DNA of 32,752 nucleotides from Methanosphaera sp. rholeuAM130 (GTDB lineage: Archaea > Methanobacteriota > Methanobacteria > Methanobacteriales > Methanobacteriaceae): positions 1,067 through 33,818 of the forward strand of contig MUZY01000241.1 in assembly GCA_003266065.1 (NCBI GenBank), in the 5' to 3' direction. Under the pieces are notes generated by a model. That model did no database searches and was not told where the DNA came from. It was given only the letters and a program-made list of their open reading frames with translations. Each line of letters starts with the position of its first letter. Positions within the stretch are counted from its first letter, which is position 1. Below are positions 1-8,229 of the stretch, in pieces. The position numbers were made by a program, and so were the translations under genes.

Positions 1-18
1 AAGCTGAGCCACGCGCCC
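1..18 (-). tRNA. 5' end of a tRNA gene, truncated by the window edge (isotype not determinable)
   Basis: Reverse complement of 1-18 reads GGGCGCG-TG-GCTC-AGCTT: a 7-nt GC-rich acceptor strand, U8, D-stem GCTC and A14-G15, in otherwise AT-rich DNA. A TATA-like run lies upstream at about 71-80. Confidence 0.75.
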
Positions 19-125
19 TATAAAATAAGTTGTCTTTTTTACAGACACTATTATTATATTGGTATTGCTCTATATATATACTTTATGGTGGAAATTCAAA
101 AAAAATTAATAATTGAAGAACGAAT

Positions 126-425
126 CTATTCCTCCTTATTAATCATTTCGTTGATTGTGTCAGCCATCATGTGTTCGATAACCGTGATGTTTGCTTTTTC
201 GACACCGTCTACTTTTTGGGCTTCCAGTTTTGCTGCCATGGCTATGTTGGCTACACTCATACATCCAGGGTTGGTTGGACAAATTGTAATGTCAGCTTCC
301 TTGGTTTCTTCATCATATTGGATTTCTCTAATAAGCCCCATATCTACGATACTGATACCCATATGTGGGTCTGCAATCATTGCTAATTTATCTTTAATTT
401 CACTTTTAATTTCTTCTGCACTCAT
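126..425 (-). CDS. DUF59/MIP18 (SufT-like) Fe-S cluster assembly protein
   Basis: 99 aa with DPHMGISIVDMGLI (DPE-x-x-x-x-IVDLGLI-like) and T-x-P-G-C motif typical of DUF59. Confidence 0.88.
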   Translation of the reverse strand: MSAEEIKSEIKDKLAMIADPHMGISIVDMGLIREIQYDEETKEADITICPTNPGCMSVANIAMAAKLEAQKVDGVEKANITVIEHMMADTINEMINKEE

Positions 426-513
426 ATATAATTCTCCTTTTTATTAATTATCTTTAATCTTAATAAATAATATACTTTGTTATTTTAAATCTTCTTTTTA
501 TTTTATTTTTAAT

Positions 514-1434
514 TTACTTTATTTGATGTCTGATTTTAACACCAATTCCCTTATCCGCGTTCACCAACTCTTCACCATTCATCATGGATTTGCCCACTCC
601 AATGACATTATCGTCCTTGATTATTACAACCTCATCATTAGGAATGATTTCTTTATCTGCATCAATGATTCCCGGTGCAAACAAGGTGTTGCTCTGCAAA
701 TCAAAGTTAATGAATACTCTATTTACTTTATTTTCCTTTAGAATTTCTCCTGCCTTAAGATTCAATGTGTATAAACCGGTCTCGTAATGCAAGGTTGCAA
801 GTTGCTTGTTATCTACCATTATCCTGGTATTGAAGCGACCGCTTGTTCTTGTATTTTCAGGTATAAGTGCATCCATTTTCTTGGAATTGAACTGATACCT
901 TGCTATGGATCTTAAGTCATGAAGCTTGTGCTTATTGGCCGGAACTTTATCCGCCTTTTTCACTTCATTTTTCAAATTGTTCAATGATTCAAATGAACGG
1001 GTATTCTCATCCGAACAGGTATATACAACGTTATCCAAGTATTCCTGACAGGCCTCTTTATAACCTCCGGATACGTGGGCAATTACTTTATGGTCTTTTG
1101 CATACTCTTTAATGGCCTTTCCAGCCATTTTTATTTCTTCATCCGACCAGTCTCCGGTAGTGGAAGCATCATATGATTGGATGGGGTATGTCTTTTCCAT
1201 TTCCCTTGGACAGATTCCGAATGGGGATGTCAGTATAACTTCCTGTAATCCTTTGGAATATTTTCTGAATATTGTATGTGATTGGGATTGTGAGTATGGC
1301 TTTTTCATGCTGCATGGAAATACCACGATGGTGTCCGTATAGGGTTCCAATAGTTTCATCCTGTTTTGCCATCGGATAACTTCCGGTCTATGAAGGGATA
1401 ACTCTGTTATACATGGAATTTTTGCATATTTCAT
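514..1434 (-). CDS. arcS: Archaeosine synthase ArcS-type protein (DUF5591 + C-terminal PUA domain), short form
   Basis: PCSMKKPYSQSQSH matches the ArcS signature PCX3KPYX2SX2H. C-terminal PUA domain (LFAPGIIDAD...DEVVII...IGVGKSMM...GIGVKIRH). Confidence 0.8.
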   Translation of the reverse strand: MKYAKIPCITELSLHRPEVIRWQNRMKLLEPYTDTIVVFPCSMKKPYSQSQSHTIFRKYSKGLQEVILTSPFGICPREMEKTYPIQSYDASTTGDWSDEEIKMAGKAIKEYAKDHKVIAHVSGGYKEACQEYLDNVVYTCSDENTRSFESLNNLKNEVKKADKVPANKHKLHDLRSIARYQFNSKKMDALIPENTRTSGRFNTRIMVDNKQLATLHYETGLYTLNLKAGEILKENKVNRVFINFDLQSNTLFAPGIIDADKEIIPNDEVVIIKDDNVIGVGKSMMNGEELVNADKGIGVKIRHQIK

Positions 1435-1477
1435 AGTAATATCTTTCCATTAAATTATTTAAAAAAAATAATTAGGT

Positions 1478-2662
1478 TTAGAATAATTTACCTAATTTAA
1501 GAAGAGCTTTAGGGGATACTTTTATTAAAAGTTTAAGTAATGTTTTAGGACTGATTTCATCTACTTCCTGTTTAACGAATTCATGTGCAATGTCATTTAA
1601 TTCATCATCATTTAAGGATAATAGATATTCTTTGGCCTTTTTATATTTGTCGTATCCTTCGCCAATATTTTCATCAGTCAATTTAACGTATTCCTGCAGA
1701 TTTTTGGCACTGTAATCACCACTGTCTATTGCATCTGCAGCTACAATACCTGCATATGCTCCTGATTCCAATGCACTGTTTATTCCACCACCAGTTAATG
1801 GGTTTACAAAACCGGCTGCATCTCCAACAACAAGTATGTTGTCTCCGACACGTTCTTTTATTAACCCTCCAACAGGATCTCCACCCATATTTATCTCAAC
1901 TGCCTGTGCATTCTGAGTCTCAGGACAGTTTTTGATAAATTCGTTTAAGTGTTCGATTGCGGGTTTGTCTGTATGGGTCTTAAGTACTCCAATACCAACA
2001 TTGGCGATATCATCGCCTTTAGGGAATATCCAAGTATATCCACCTGGTGCAACACTTCCGAAGTATAACTGGATTACGTTGTTGTTTTCCATTTCAAGTC
2101 CTGCCATTTCATACTGTACACAGGATTCCATGTTGTTGAATTTGGTATTGCAGTCCAATCCTGCCCATCTGCCGACTCGTGACTCCGGTCCGTCAGCGGC
2201 TATAACAATTTTTGCATGTATCTTGACTTCTTCTTGCATTCTTTCGGCAGTGATTATTACACCGTCGTCTGTACGTTCAAAGGCTGTTGCACGTGTTCTG
2301 ATCATGATTTTGGCACCGGCACGTGCGGCGTCCATTGCCATGTGCTTATCGAAGACTTTTCTTTCAAGCACGTAACCTGATTCGGGTATGTCTATCGTGT
2401 CTTCATCCAGCCATACGCTTGTCTGGTCAGGTGATACCAATCTGACTCCCGTTGATTTTCTTGCTATCCATCTTGGATCAGGGTTAATTCCTAATTCTTC
2501 AAGACCTGATTTGGATACTCCTTCAGCACATCTTTTAGGAGAACCTATTTCTGCCTTTTTATCTATTAATAATACGTTAGCACCATGTTTTGCAGCTTCT
2601 CTGGCCGCTAATGAACCTCCTGGTCCTGCTCCTACAACGACGATATCTGTATCAATATCCAT
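1478..2662 (-). CDS. Digeranylgeranylglycerophospholipid reductase (geranylgeranyl reductase family)
   Basis: FAD-binding VVGAGPGG, PKRCAEG motif, GYTWIFPKG, GDAAG...PLTGGGI; 394 aa. Confidence 0.92.
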   Translation of the reverse strand: MDIDTDIVVVGAGPGGSLAAREAAKHGANVLLIDKKAEIGSPKRCAEGVSKSGLEELGINPDPRWIARKSTGVRLVSPDQTSVWLDEDTIDIPESGYVLERKVFDKHMAMDAARAGAKIMIRTRATAFERTDDGVIITAERMQEEVKIHAKIVIAADGPESRVGRWAGLDCNTKFNNMESCVQYEMAGLEMENNNVIQLYFGSVAPGGYTWIFPKGDDIANVGIGVLKTHTDKPAIEHLNEFIKNCPETQNAQAVEINMGGDPVGGLIKERVGDNILVVGDAAGFVNPLTGGGINSALESGAYAGIVAADAIDSGDYSAKNLQEYVKLTDENIGEGYDKYKKAKEYLLSLNDDELNDIAHEFVKQEVDEISPKTLLKLLIKVSPKALLKLGKLF

Positions 2663-2670
2663 ATGACCAC

Positions 2671-2835
2671 CTATTCCATTTCAATTGCAGCTACAGGGCA
2701 TGTTTTAACACATAAACCACATTTAGTACATTTTTCTTCATCAATAACTATTTTTAATTCTTGTACATCAATAGCATCTGCTACACATACTCCGGCACAT
2801 GCACCACAGTATAAACAATTATTATTAACAATCAT
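2671..2835 (-). CDS. 2[4Fe-4S] ferredoxin (54 aa, not in the ORF track)
   Basis: Manual translation: MIVNNNCLYCGACAGVCVADAIDVQELKIVIDEEKCTKCGLCVKTCPVAAIEME*, two CxxCxxCxxxC motifs. GGAG Shine-Dalgarno upstream; fills the gap between 2840 and 2662. Confidence 0.95.
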   Translation of the reverse strand: MIVNNNCLYCGACAGVCVADAIDVQELKIVIDEEKCTKCGLCVKTCPVAAIEME

Positions 2836-2839
2836 AATA

Positions 2840-3040
2840 TTACTCCTTGTTGTCTTTAGCTTCTTGTGCTCTTCTCATGTCAATAGCTTCATCTCTAGTG
2901 ATGAAAATATAACCGCAATTGGTGCATTTTAATTCACCGTTGGCACCATAAGCATTAAATTCTCTTTCAAAGTCCCTATGTTGAGTTTTATCTTTAGAAC
3001 CACATTCAGGACATGGTTTTAATAAATCTTCAATTTTCAT
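2840..3040 (-). CDS. Methanogen Cys-rich small protein (TIGR04165-like, two CxxCG motifs)
   Basis: 66 aa with CPECG and CTNCG; 4-5 nt from both neighbours. Confidence 0.72.
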   Translation of the reverse strand: MKIEDLLKPCPECGSKDKTQHRDFEREFNAYGANGELKCTNCGYIFITRDEAIDMRRAQEAKDNKE

Positions 3041-3045
3041 AACAA

Positions 3046-3330
3046 TTACTCTTCATTATCTATAGTGTCTAAATTATTCAATATATCCAGAAGCTTAAAC
3101 TGTGCCGCTTGCAGGTGTTTGCAGTAAAAGCTGCCCGGTTCGCGTTGGTTTCTATACTGATAATCAGCACAATCACAATTCCAAAAACCATAAATCATTG
3201 AAACTAAATAATAATCATCATTTTTATTATTCTTAACCTTGAATATGGCATGTCCAGATTCATAATGTTCTACAATAACATTATCCTCCTTATATAATTC
3301 ATATCCTTGAAGTACTCTGTCTGCCATCAT
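3046..3330 (-). CDS. SWIM zinc-finger protein
   Basis: WNCDCADY...FYCKHL = CxC-xn-CxH SWIM motif. ATG start at 3330 (or 3327) preferred over TTG 3336. Confidence 0.85.
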   Translation of the reverse strand: MMADRVLQGYELYKEDNVIVEHYESGHAIFKVKNNKNDDYYLVSMIYGFWNCDCADYQYRNQREPGSFYCKHLQAAQFKLLDILNNLDTIDNEE

Positions 3331-3435
3331 AATCAATTTTATGGTTTATTAATATCTATTTATGTCATTACATTTTATTAATGTTTTTGCATGTTACTTT
3401 TTATTTTCAAGGATTAGATGCTCACATCATTTTGT

Positions 3436-4152
3436 TCAATCAAATTCAATATCCAATATCTTATCGTATTTCAATTCTATGGAATTGTCAGAATAATCCG
3501 TCTGGATATGGACAGGAAATATTGTCACTTTTTTGTCATATGCCTTTTTGAGAGTTTCACTGAATGCCGGATCAGTATCATAATTCGGGGTGAAAATCTT
3601 GGCATTGTTTTGTAAAATGAGTATGACGATGGCACTATCCTCACCTTCATCCTTAAGTTTGATTAATTCATCCACATGTTTTTTTCCACGGACAGTCGGT
3701 GCATCCGGAAATTTAGCGATACCATCCACAACCAATGTACATCCCTTAACCTCCAGATATAGCTTCTTGTCGTCGTCATCAGATAAAAGAAAATCCAATC
3801 GGCTATTTCCATAACTGTACTCGGCTTGCTTTATATGGTAATCTTTCAGTGGGGTGATTTGTTTTTTTTCAATTAATTGGCCAACCAATCTGTTATGGAA
3901 ACTGCTGTTTAGTAATACCCAATTGTCTTCATGATATACTGCTATCATATTGTATGCGGTCTTTCGATTATTTTTCCTGTAATCAGCGACGTATTCAACC
4001 AGTATCTCCCTGTTTTCTATCAGCAACTCCTTTAATCTACCAGGATCATGTAGATGTGCCAGTTGAATCGAATTATTTTCATCAACAAATTCAACGGTAA
4101 ATCTGTTGGGTCTTGATTTGTATTTTACTTTTTTAAGGTTTTTTATTTTCAT
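3436..4152 (-). CDS. sfsA: SfsA (sugar fermentation stimulation protein A; OB fold + PD-(D/E)xK nuclease)
   Basis: RPNRF, HLHDPGRLKEL, SRLDFLL, EVKGCTL, FPDAPTVRGKKH motifs. ATG at 4152 gives 238 aa and removes the overlap with the divergent gene. Confidence 0.93.
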   Translation of the reverse strand: MKIKNLKKVKYKSRPNRFTVEFVDENNSIQLAHLHDPGRLKELLIENREILVEYVADYRKNNRKTAYNMIAVYHEDNWVLLNSSFHNRLVGQLIEKKQITPLKDYHIKQAEYSYGNSRLDFLLSDDDDKKLYLEVKGCTLVVDGIAKFPDAPTVRGKKHVDELIKLKDEGEDSAIVILILQNNAKIFTPNYDTDPAFSETLKKAYDKKVTIFPVHIQTDYSDNSIELKYDKILDIEFD

Positions 4153-4239
4153 GGTTCTATTTTTCATTTTCAACCTATAAATAGAAATATTACCCACTAT
4201 TGATATATCTAATAATATTGAAGATATCGATTGATTCTC

Positions 4240-4710
4240 ATGATTAGATGTAGTTATTGTGGATGTGACAATTTGGACGGTGCAGTATATTGCATGCACT
4301 GTTCAAAAAGACTGGTTGAAAAATTAAGTGACGAGCATAACATTAGTCAGTTGAGTGATGTATATTATTCCTATTTAAACAGCAACCTTAATAATGGCCA
4401 TACGGGTGGCTATGGGATTAATCAACAGGATAACTACTTCATAGTATCAAATGAAAAGACAATGTTCATCTCGATGATATTGGCCATGCTCGTTCCGGGT
4501 TTCGGATTGGTATATTTAAAACAAGTTTTATTAGGTCTATTCGTATTTTTACTAACCATATTGTTATGGATTATGACAGGAATACTGTATTATATTTTTA
4601 AAATAGACATAATCTATTTTGCTATGTCATTATCGATTTTCTTATATTTGGCATCCATAATTTATACATATAAACTTGTTTCTTGCGATAATGTTGAAAG
4701 GGGCAGATAA
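4240..4710 (+). CDS. Zinc-ribbon + TM2-like membrane protein
   Basis: N-terminal CSYCG...YCMHC, then LVPGFGLVYL and two further hydrophobic helices. ATG at 4240. Confidence 0.75.
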   Translation: MIRCSYCGCDNLDGAVYCMHCSKRLVEKLSDEHNISQLSDVYYSYLNSNLNNGHTGGYGINQQDNYFIVSNEKTMFISMILAMLVPGFGLVYLKQVLLGLFVFLLTILLWIMTGILYYIFKIDIIYFAMSLSIFLYLASIIYTYKLVSCDNVERGR

Positions 4711-4757
4711 CTTCTTTGATTAATCGATTATCAAAAATAATTCCGGCAGTGATTAAA

Positions 4758-5165
4758 ATGCATAGATGTTTAAGGTGTTCGACCCAATGTGATGATAACG
4801 TTAGGTATTGTCCCAATTGTGGGAGCAATTTGGCCATTGACGATATGAAATCAACCGTTCAAAGACAATATCGCACTAAGATTAAACGATTGGAAATAGC
4901 TTTATTGTTATCCATATTTTTACCGGGTATTTCTTATTTCTACTTGGAATTATGGTATAGGGGAGTGTTGTTCTATTTATCCTATGTCATATTCTTTTTA
5001 GTGTTGGGGTTGAAATCAGGATTATATCAATCATATGCCCATAACGTTAATTCAACCCATATTGCAATGTTAATAATAGCGATATATTTCTTGATATACG
5101 TTTTTCAGGTAATTGATGTGATAAAAAGGACGAATATGATTAATGAGGGTAAAATAATATTTTGA
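4758..5165 (+). CDS. Zinc-ribbon + TM2-like membrane protein (paralogue of upstream gene)
   Basis: CLRC...YCPNCG, then LLSIFLPGISYFYL and two TM helices. ATG at 4758. Confidence 0.75.
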   Translation: MHRCLRCSTQCDDNVRYCPNCGSNLAIDDMKSTVQRQYRTKIKRLEIALLLSIFLPGISYFYLELWYRGVLFYLSYVIFFLVLGLKSGLYQSYAHNVNSTHIAMLIIAIYFLIYVFQVIDVIKRTNMINEGKIIF

Positions 5166-5360
5166 TTATTTTTGTAATAATTGCCTTCAAATCATTAATT
5201 ATCGTTTAATTATTTTCCTTTTTCATTATGTCGTGTTACTTTTTTTCCATATTTTTTATTCAAAAATCATATAATTAAAGAAATATTATAAATAACTTAA
5301 ATAACATAACTATAATAAATAGCAATATATTATTTTTTATAAACGAAAAATGGAGTAAAT

Positions 5361-6368
5361 GTGATGAAATATGAAATGTATCAGGAAATAATGGAACAGC
5401 CGTTATCTCTTAAAAATACCATTGAATCAGAGAAGGAACATTTGGAATCCATATCAAATATTTATGCTAAATTCGATAAGATATTTCTTATTGGATGTGG
5501 AAGTTCAATTTCTACATGTTATTCTATTAAGGATGCTATTAAATCATTTTCCACAATAAATGTTGATGTACAAACAGGTTTTGAATTTGTAAATCATCAA
5601 ATGCTGGAAAAGGATAGTAATGTTGGATTAATAGTCACATCTCAATCTGGTGAAACAGCAGATACATTAGCCGCTTTAAGAAAAGCAAAAGAACATAATA
5701 TTACTACAGTATCAATAACCAATGATGAAAACAGTTCAATGGCAAAGGAAGCAGATTATTCTGTCATTACGCGATGTGGAGAAGAACATGCTATCTTAGG
5801 TACGAAAACTTATATAACTCAGTTATTCTCATTGTATGTTATATTTTTCTCAATGATAAAAAATCAAAGAATAGAAGAAATGTTGGGTCAACTGTATCAG
5901 TTACCTGACTTAATTGAAGAGTTAATAGAATCAACACAGGATGATGCAAAGCAATTGGCACAGGCGAATAAGGATGTGGATATCTTCTATTGTATGGGAA
6001 GCGGATTTAATTATGGATTAGCCTATAAATTGGCAATGACGATGTTTATGGAAGGTGCTGAAAAACATGCTTGTCCACTTTATTCTGGGGAATTCAGACA
6101 CGGATTAATTGAAAGGGTTGAAAAAGGTGTGAGCGTCGTATTTCTCAAATCAAATGATGTTGATGATATAACGGACAAAGCGATAAAATTCTGTGAAGGT
6201 ATTGAAGTAAACAATATAATATTTAATCTGGAAGATTATTCTGATGTGGATTCATTATTAACTCCATTTATCTTGTTAATTCCATTGGAATGGTTCATAT
6301 ACCATTTATCTATATTCAATGGATTGGATCCGGGAAGTACAAGACATATAGGAAAAATAAGATATTAA
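5361..6368 (+). CDS. Double-SIS sugar-phosphate isomerase/deaminase (GlmD/AgaS/FrlB-like, no glutaminase domain)
   Basis: IGCGSS, TSQSGETADT, TKTY, EFRHG and C-terminal RHIGK resemble the GlmS isomerase half. 335 aa with no N-terminal Cys amidotransferase domain. Confidence 0.85.
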   Translation: MMKYEMYQEIMEQPLSLKNTIESEKEHLESISNIYAKFDKIFLIGCGSSISTCYSIKDAIKSFSTINVDVQTGFEFVNHQMLEKDSNVGLIVTSQSGETADTLAALRKAKEHNITTVSITNDENSSMAKEADYSVITRCGEEHAILGTKTYITQLFSLYVIFFSMIKNQRIEEMLGQLYQLPDLIEELIESTQDDAKQLAQANKDVDIFYCMGSGFNYGLAYKLAMTMFMEGAEKHACPLYSGEFRHGLIERVEKGVSVVFLKSNDVDDITDKAIKFCEGIEVNNIIFNLEDYSDVDSLLTPFILLIPLEWFIYHLSIFNGLDPGSTRHIGKIRY

Positions 6369-6431
6369 TTTTTTTCCATATTTCCTATTTTTTTTTTATT
6401 TTAACCCTCAAATTAAAATTAAATTTTTTCT

Positions 6432-6474
6432 AAAAGTATAGTATACTTTAAATTATATAATAAACAAAAGTATA
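6432..6474 (+). promoter_or_regulatory. Promoter region of the DUF1611-sepF genes with palindrome and TATA box
   Basis: AAAGTATA-G-TATACTTT perfect inverted repeat (6433-6449), TTATATAA at 6453-6460, second AAAAGTATA at 6466-6474. Confidence 0.45.
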
Positions 6475-6525
6475 ATTATAATAAAATAATTTATCAATTA
6501 ATAATTATCTTGGAGAAGTGATTTT

Positions 6526-7587
6526 TTGAATTCAGTAAAATCTAATGAAGATTTTGAACAGTTAAGTCCATTTATAATTATCGGTGCAGGTGGAGGGGGA
6601 GAAAAATTCTCTAACTTCCCCGGAGTTGAAACGGCCGGTTTTTTAGATGACTCTGTAGAAAAACAAGGAAAAGAATTTTGTGGACATATAGTGGGCTCCG
6701 ATTTAAAGGAATTGGTTGAATCAACCAATTCAAAAACGGTGGCAATCATGCTGCCTATTGGGGCTGAAGGAGCAGCACTAAAATATGCTGTACAGGCTAT
6801 AGATTTGGGACAAAATGTATTAACTTCATTTAGATCATTACCAATAGAAGACAATCCATCCCTATTGAAGTTTGCCAATCAAAAAGGAGTGGTCATTAAA
6901 GAAATAAGCTCCAGATTAGACAACATTAAAAAGGTAATGGGTGTAGCTCCGGAAAAATGTACAGAAGTTCTACCAAAAATAACATATGTACATGAAAAGC
7001 CGGTCATATTTGTGGGTGGCACATCTCAAGAATGTGGTAAGCGTACGACTACGCGAAGATTGGGTAAGCTGGCAAAAGAAAGAGGTTTGAATGCCATAAT
7101 TATCTCAACTGATGAAATGGGTCTTGAAAAACCAACAGACATTAATTTCCGTGCGGGCAGTTTATCGGTAATGGATGTTCCGGCAGCAATTATGGGAACT
7201 TTAAAATACATGGAAGAAAATGAGAATCCTGACATAATATTCATCGAAGGACAATCCAGTCTGACAGAACAAGGAAATCCTCATCCTAAAGGATTATCCG
7301 CATCAATATTGTTTGGTGCAATGCCTGATGCAGTAGTATTATGTCATAGGCCAAATCATCCTTTCAGAGAACCTGTTGGGATACAAACTGAATTAAATGC
7401 TATAGAAGCGGTAGAACCTACGAAAGTTATAGCGTTATCAATCAACAGAAGAAATTCACAAGATGAATCATTAGAGGATATAGAGAAGGAGTTTTCTTTA
7501 CCAACAGTAGATATACATACAGACTCAAATGGTGGTATAGAACGTCTCTTGGATACAGTACTTGAATATGTAGGTGAGAATAAATGA
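6526..7587 (+). CDS. DUF1611 family protein (Rossmann-like N-domain + P-loop domain)
   Basis: [10 protein letters not shown]-terminus, [14 protein letters not shown]-loop, [22 protein letters not shown] motifs of DUF1611. TTG start with upstream GGAG/GTGA. Confidence 0.82.
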   Translation: MNSVKSNEDFEQLSPFIIIGAGGGGEKFSNFPGVETAGFLDDSVEKQGKEFCGHIVGSDLKELVESTNSKTVAIMLPIGAEGAALKYAVQAIDLGQNVLTSFRSLPIEDNPSLLKFANQKGVVIKEISSRLDNIKKVMGVAPEKCTEVLPKITYVHEKPVIFVGGTSQECGKRTTTRRLGKLAKERGLNAIIISTDEMGLEKPTDINFRAGSLSVMDVPAAIMGTLKYMEENENPDIIFIEGQSSLTEQGNPHPKGLSASILFGAMPDAVVLCHRPNHPFREPVGIQTELNAIEAVEPTKVIALSINRRNSQDESLEDIEKEFSLPTVDIHTDSNGGIERLLDTVLEYVGENK

Positions 7588-8063
7588 AAAGTTCTTTAAA
7601 AGATTTAACGGTAAATGTTAAAAAATCAATAGATAGGGAATATGACAGTGAATTTAATGTAAATCAGGGATTTGATGATGATCAAAAAATGGTAAATGAT
7701 AATGTAATATCATCAATAGAAAATTCTTACTCTGAAGGAGAAGATGATGTTGTTATTGTACCTGAAGATGAAGAAATTGACTTAATTGTACCAGATAGGG
7801 GTACCAATATAGATACTATCCGTTTAATTAAGGTTAAATCCGTTTACACATTAAATGATGAACTAGAAAGAGTTAACAAGACAGGTGTGCCTGTAATAAT
7901 TGATTTTAAATATATTCAAGAGAGACGTTCATCTGAATTTGCTAAGTTAGGTTCAATGATTAAAGAATTTAAAGAGTCATCAGGAGCTCAAGTAGTATTG
8001 CTTGGAAGTACGAAGAACGTAATCTTGGTGGTTCCTAAGGATATTGTCTTATTAAAGAATTAA
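7584..8063 (+). CDS. SepF-like (DUF552) cell-division protein
   Basis: Long acidic N-terminal linker, then a compact alpha/beta core (IRLIKVKS...PVIIDFKYI...[18 protein letters not shown]) resembling archaeal SepF. Overlaps the DUF1611 stop by 4 nt. Confidence 0.65.
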   Translation: MKSSLKDLTVNVKKSIDREYDSEFNVNQGFDDDQKMVNDNVISSIENSYSEGEDDVVIVPEDEEIDLIVPDRGTNIDTIRLIKVKSVYTLNDELERVNKTGVPVIIDFKYIQERRSSEFAKLGSMIKEFKESSGAQVVLLGSTKNVILVVPKDIVLLKN

Positions 8064-8229
8064 ATAGGATAAATCACTTTCTCCCCTTTTTACCAAATTC
8101 CTTTTTAGATGTGCGTTCATGTTATTTGAATCTTTAAGGGAGTTATTATTAATTTTTTATAAATAATTATTTTTTGGAAAACTAGCTTTTTATCGTTTTA
8201 AAAAAATTGTTATAAGTAATTAGAATTAC

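Noticed and set aside
85-447. 120-aa hydrophobic plus-strand ORF
   Set aside because: Antisense shadow of the DUF59 gene; Ser/Ile-rich composition is typical of reverse-frame translation.
2663-2932. 89-aa plus-strand ORF
   Set aside because: Antisense to the ferredoxin and Cys-rich peptide genes, which have clear motifs.
4153-4299. N-terminal extension of sfsA in the ORF track
   Set aside because: Overlaps the divergent zinc-ribbon gene; SfsA similarity starts near ATG 4152.
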